Notes under the pieces: model-generated
What the model saw: only the letters and a program-made list of their open reading frames with translations
Told to the model about the DNA's origin: nothing
Database searches by the model: none
Origin: an uncultured Gemmatimonadaceae bacterium
Lineage (GTDB): Bacteria > Gemmatimonadota > Gemmatimonadetes > Gemmatimonadales > Gemmatimonadaceae
NCBI GenBank assembly: GCA_963781585.1
Contig: CAWAGQ010000005.1
Span: forward strand, 224,001-288,000
Direction of reading: 5' to 3'
Length of the DNA stretch: 64,000 nt
Made by a program: the position numbers and the translations under genes
Shown: positions 59,955 through 64,000 of the stretch, piece after piece
Position numbering within the stretch: the first letter of the stretch is position 1
How the letters are laid out: each line of letters starts with the position of its first letter

Positions 59955-60203
59955 TCATACTCCGCCGTCAGGGTTCGCTGCCGTAGTTCCATTCCCATTT
60001 CGCGCCTGGCACAACGCGTCGCGGCCCGGACGGTGCAAGCCGTCCGGGCCGCAGGGTCGTTAATCTACAGCCTACCCGTCTGACTGCCAACCGGGTGGCC
60101 CGAGTCTCAGCGGGCTGTGAGGGGCCCCTCGAGGTCTTGCTTTCAAGGTCTCGCACGGTGACCTCGAGGGCAGTCGGACTGCCCAGCCACGCTCTCCATC
60201 ACC

Positions 60204-61190
60204 GTGAACGACGCTGCACATCACTGCTCGGATGGGAGGTTCCGAAACCCTTGGCCGGGAGCGGAACCTCGAGAACTCCGCGACGTCATGCGGTGGCTCT
60301 TATGGGAGCGCTTGCGACATCCGCGTCCGGCTGATTCGCGACCTCACAGCTTTCCCGTCGCGCGCCCTGGCGAAGTGCCTGCGATTCCTCCCCGTGGCCT
60401 CGCCGTTACCTGGATCGGGCATTCTACGGCGCTCCTGCAAATCGGAGCAGTGAGCCTGCTCACTGATCCGATTTGGAGCGACCGCGCTTCGCCGGTTCGA
60501 TGGCTCGGCCCGAAGCGCTGGGTTCCTCCTGGCGTCCGGATCGAGTCCCTGCCAACGGTGGACGTTGTACTCCTCTCACACGATCACTACGACCATCTCG
60601 ACTTGCCCACGATCCGTCGCCTGACGAGACGATTCCCGGCTGCATCGTGGTTTGTGCCGCTGGGAATCGGCGAGCTGATTCACAGGGCGGGCGTCACATC
60701 AATCACGGAGCTCGATTGGTGGGAAGGGCGCACGCTGGGATCGCTGACGATCACATGCGCGCCGGCCCAGCACTTCAGCGGTCGCGGTCGCGGTGACAGG
60801 GGACGCCGGCTCTGGAGTAGTTGGTGCGTAAGAAATGAAGACCACGGGCTCTTCTTCGGCGGAGACACCGCCTTGCATCCCGAATTCGGACGGATCGGAG
60901 CCGCGTGTGGCCCATTCGATGCCGCGCTCCTGCCAATCGGCGCCTACGCACCCCGCTGGTTCATGCATGTGGTCCACATGGATCCCGAGGAGGCCGTGAC
61001 CGCATACCAGACGCTCACCAGTGCACAGACGCAGCCCTGCGTCTTTGTTCCCATTCACTGGGGTACGTTCAAGCTCGCCGACGAGCCGATGCGCGAACCG
61101 CCGCAACGTCTCCTTGCTGCCTGGGAAAGTGCTCGGCTGTCACCGGAGTCGCTCTGGTTGCTCGCGCACGGCGAGACACGGGCCCTCTAA
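60204..61190 (+). CDS. MBL-fold hydrolase (NAPE-PLD/RomA-like)
   Basis: GRFRNPW, TWIGHST, TDP, SHDHYDHLD, AQHFSGR, GDT, PIGAY, HMDPEEA, PIHWGTF. Confidence 0.92.
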   Translation: MNDAAHHCSDGRFRNPWPGAEPRELRDVMRWLLWERLRHPRPADSRPHSFPVARPGEVPAIPPRGLAVTWIGHSTALLQIGAVSLLTDPIWSDRASPVRWLGPKRWVPPGVRIESLPTVDVVLLSHDHYDHLDLPTIRRLTRRFPAASWFVPLGIGELIHRAGVTSITELDWWEGRTLGSLTITCAPAQHFSGRGRGDRGRRLWSSWCVRNEDHGLFFGGDTALHPEFGRIGAACGPFDAALLPIGAYAPRWFMHVVHMDPEEAVTAYQTLTSAQTQPCVFVPIHWGTFKLADEPMREPPQRLLAAWESARLSPESLWLLAHGETRAL

Positions 61191-61235
61191 ACTCTGCGGC
61201 GGCAGGCAGCGATACCTGATTGAATCGCTCAAGAC

Positions 61236-62153
61236 TCACGAGTCGCCCATTCGGGCGCGCACGTCCTCTCGCGCCTCGCCGTATTGACGCATCCACCCCT
61301 CGCTGCGCGCGAACACCTCGTCCCTTCCATAGTCCACCGAGAGGACATGGCCGCGCCCTTGCAGCCAGTGGAATTCTTTGGTGGCTGCGCCGAGGCGTTC
61401 GAATACCCGCTCGGCATCCCGTCGCAGAATCCGGTTGTCCTGCTGCGACTGAAGCATGAGCGTCGGCGCTCGGACGGCCGGAGCAGCATCCCACGCCATC
61501 CGCGTAATCAACGACAATTCCCCCAGCAATCGTGTCGGTGTGAACCCGAACCCGAGTGAGTTTGCGCGCTCAACCGGATCCCAGATCGATTCGGTGGTGG
61601 AGGAACGAACGTACGGCGCGATCCACGACAGGAACCGGCTGCGTCGTGCAATGCGCGACACCTTGGGCATCATTGTGAGATAGGGCGCCAGAAGCACGAG
61701 CGAGGGTAGCTCAGGCGCATCCGCAGCAAGGAGCACGGCTAGCGCGCCGCCCATAGACTGTCCAAGAACGGTCACGACGGGGTGGGTCCGACACAGCTCC
61801 CGATATGCCGATCGCGTCGCGTCGAGCCACGCCGTGGCAGTGCCCGACGCAAGGTCGCGAAGAGATCGACCGTGCCCCGGTAGCCGCGGGACGCGAACGG
61901 TCCAGCCGCGCTGATGGAGGAAATGGCCAAGGCTCCGCACCGACTGCGGGGTGTCGCCAAATCCGTGGAGAATGAGTACCGCCATCGGTCCGCCCTCAAG
62001 CGCGATCGCCCCGGCCCCGCGCACAGTTCCGTCCGTGGCCACGGGTAGCCGGGAGGCAACAAGGGCTTCGACCCGACGGGCTGCGATGTAGCGGAGAGCG
62101 ACAACCGCAGCCCCGATTCCTCCGGCGACTGCCACGGGGATGAGCGGGGGCAT
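61236..62153 (-). CDS. Alpha/beta hydrolase (carboxylesterase/monoacylglycerol lipase-like)
   Basis: LHGFG, LPGHG, GQSMGG nucleophile elbow, C-terminal D and H; N-terminal membrane anchor. Confidence 0.9.
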   Translation of the reverse strand: MPPLIPVAVAGGIGAAVVALRYIAARRVEALVASRLPVATDGTVRGAGAIALEGGPMAVLILHGFGDTPQSVRSLGHFLHQRGWTVRVPRLPGHGRSLRDLASGTATAWLDATRSAYRELCRTHPVVTVLGQSMGGALAVLLAADAPELPSLVLLAPYLTMMPKVSRIARRSRFLSWIAPYVRSSTTESIWDPVERANSLGFGFTPTRLLGELSLITRMAWDAAPAVRAPTLMLQSQQDNRILRRDAERVFERLGAATKEFHWLQGRGHVLSVDYGRDEVFARSEGWMRQYGEAREDVRARMGDS

Positions 62154-62312
62154 TGGCCGGCCTACTCGCAACTTCGCTTCACTACGCGACCTCCGGTCAC
62201 TGCCGCCGTGTCCGCAGAGTGATTCGTTGGTCCCGCCGCAGCGCTGGTCTGGACAGCCCAGCGGCCTGAATGTTGCTTTACGGACCGCATAGCGGGCTCG
62301 ACTGCTTATGGA

Positions 62313-64000
62313 ATGTCACCATCCTCCCCTGACGATCAACCGAGCAATTTCCTCGCCGTTGTCATTGTAGGGAATGACGCGCTCGTCGAAGCCCTTCCCG
62401 CACGACCAATCCAGTTCGCGCTCGCCTGCCGCGCCATCGGATTCGATGTGGTGCTTCCGGGATCGTGGGGTGATGAGCTCGTGGCGGCGGCAACACTCCG
62501 AATTCTGGAGACGCGCGACCACGCGCCTGCCGTATTCTGTGCGTGCCCGCATGTGCGGGACCGTCTGCTCTCTGGCGGTACCGAGCTCGGTTCGCTGCTC
62601 ATTGCTCCCGTTGCACCTCCAGTCGCCGCTGCTCGTTACGCGCGGGCTGCCTATTCGGGTCGTGCTCTTCATCTGACATATATCGGGGACTGCCCCGCCG
62701 CGAGCGCGCCGGACTTCGACACCCGGCACAAGACGCGCGAGTTTCTGGCGCTGCTGGGGTCGCGTGGCATCGACCCGCTCGAACAACCGGCAGTGTTCGA
62801 CGACATCCTCCCACCCGATCGCAGGCGACACTTCTCGCTGCCGGGTGGGTGCCCATCACCACAGGCTCTCTGGCAGCGTGCCAACGAGCGCGTCCTGGTC
62901 GAACTCGAAGGGGTGGACCTGACGCTGGATCTCGCCCAGCATCTCCTGACTCGGCAGCCTGCCCTTGTTGATCTCGCATCGGCACTCGGCTGCGCCTGCA
63001 GCGGAGTGACTGAACTGACGACTGGGCTGAGCGCGCGTGTCGCAGTCACGTCGCTGGAACCACCGAGATCCGCCAACCCGGTGATTGATCCGGGTCTCTT
63101 GAAACCATCCGACTTTCTGGTTCGCGAAGAGGATCTCGCCGAGGCAGGCAGTCGAAACCCGGCCTCGGATCCGGGCACGACCATGCAATTGAACTCGGGG
63201 GGGCGCGGCGTGTCGGCACGGCCAGGTGATACCGGGCTCCGACCCAATCCGCCGCATCGCCCGATCGCAATCACTCCTGTGGAAGCACTTCACGAAGACC
63301 TCGCAGAAGGGGGCTCGCATCGAGCTCGGCGCGGCAGGAGTCTGCCAGAGACCACCTCGCAAGAAGTGAAGATCCGCGCAGGCGTCGGCCGAACAGGGCA
63401 GGGCATGGCCCCCCCGACCGTGGCGGACGCCCCGTTCTCGCCAGAAGAACAGGCCTTCCCCGTTCGCGTTGAGGCCGAGCACAACGTCGAGCGATCAGTG
63501 CCGTCGCCGATCGAGTCGTCGCGACCGGTCGACCAGCTCCCGGAACCGGCACCGGGTAGCCGACGGAAACCTGCGGCGGGAGAGGCGATCAGAGAGCGCG
63601 GGGGAGCAGTGCTCCGGATCTCGACAGCCGGCTTCCCGACCGTGCGCCGTTCAGAGCCGCTGGTGAGTCGACTTCCGCGTGCATACATGGGCCGCCGGCC
63701 GGGCACAGCCCAGCACCAGGGCGGACACGCACCGCCAGCACCTGAGAGCGCGCAACCGAGGGAGTCACCGATGGCGGGCCGCGAGGATCGTGAGATCCCC
63801 ATGATACCTGCAGTCGAGCGCACTGCGCCGGCCATATCGACTTCAGCATCGGGACCTGTTTCGCCGGGACACCGCGACGAAGCGTGGATTTCCGCGACCG
63901 GGCGCGCCCCGGCACGACCGACGAGCGGCAGGTCAACGCACGTACCCACCACCGGTCAGGTTGTCGACCCCCTTAGTGGAGCGCAGCAACGCCTCCGCGC
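62313..64000 (+). CDS. Protein with N-terminal [FeFe]-hydrogenase H-domain/Nar1-like domain and long disordered tail; 3'-truncated by the window edge
   Basis: Not in the ORF track. I translated it by hand from ATG 62313 with no stop before 64000: ...ACRAIGFDVVLPGSWGDELV...PAVFCACPHV...APPVAAARY...TYIGDCPA...GIDP...FSLPGGCP...LGCACSG, then Pro/Ser/Arg/Glu-rich sequence. Confidence 0.75.
   Translation, partial: MSPSSPDDQPSNFLAVVIVGNDALVEALPARPIQFALACRAIGFDVVLPGSWGDELVAAATLRILETRDHAPAVFCACPHVRDRLLSGGTELGSLLIAPVAPPVAAARYARAAYSGRALHLTYIGDCPAASAPDFDTRHKTREFLALLGSRGIDPLEQPAVFDDILPPDRRRHFSLPGGCPSPQALWQRANERVLVELEGVDLTLDLAQHLLTRQPALVDLASALGCACSGVTELTTGLSARVAVTSLEPPRSANPVIDPGLLKPSDFLVREEDLAEAGSRNPASDPGTTMQLNSGGRGVSARPGDTGLRPNPPHRPIAITPVEALHEDLAEGGSHRARRGRSLPETTSQEVKIRAGVGRTGQGMAPPTVADAPFSPEEQAFPVRVEAEHNVERSVPSPIESSRPVDQLPEPAPGSRRKPAAGEAIRERGGAVLRISTAGFPTVRRSEPLVSRLPRAYMGRRPGTAQHQGGHAPPAPESAQPRESPMAGREDREIPMIPAVERTAPAISTSASGPVSPGHRDEAWISATGRAPARPTSGRSTHVPTTGQVVDPLSGAQQRLR

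Noticed and set aside
62316..63952. Several listed minus-strand ORFs at the right end
   Set aside because: They are shadows of the long plus-strand frame from 62313, which has recognisable motifs.

Overview
High-GC (about two-thirds by eye) bacterial chromosomal segment. The gene mix (VPS10/Asp-box protein, many exported hydrolases, Hanks kinase and PP2C, Tat-type TldD, futalosine-pathway mqnD) suggests Gemmatimonadota, which is an inference. The window holds about 50 CDS and one tRNA-Cys(GCA). I saw no rRNA, CRISPR array, integrase or transposase. The left third encodes periplasmic and outer-membrane catabolic functions, including scattered parts of a putative 3-ketoglycoside pathway, and carries intergenic heptamer repeats. 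The middle is a nitrogen cluster: ggt, a heavily frameshifted type III glutamine synthetase, an intact type I glnA and two Thr/Ser dehydratases. The right part has a charge-bipolar histone-H1-like protein, a MerR-type HTH, a chromosomal plasmid-type RepA homolog, and an NrtR-like regulator with two matching 21-bp operators I found by eye. It ends with an ORF missing from the supplied track (62313 to the right edge) whose N-terminal domain resembles the [FeFe]-hydrogenase H-domain/Nar1 fold. All calls come from motif recognition by eye; no searches were run, and several start codons are uncertain.
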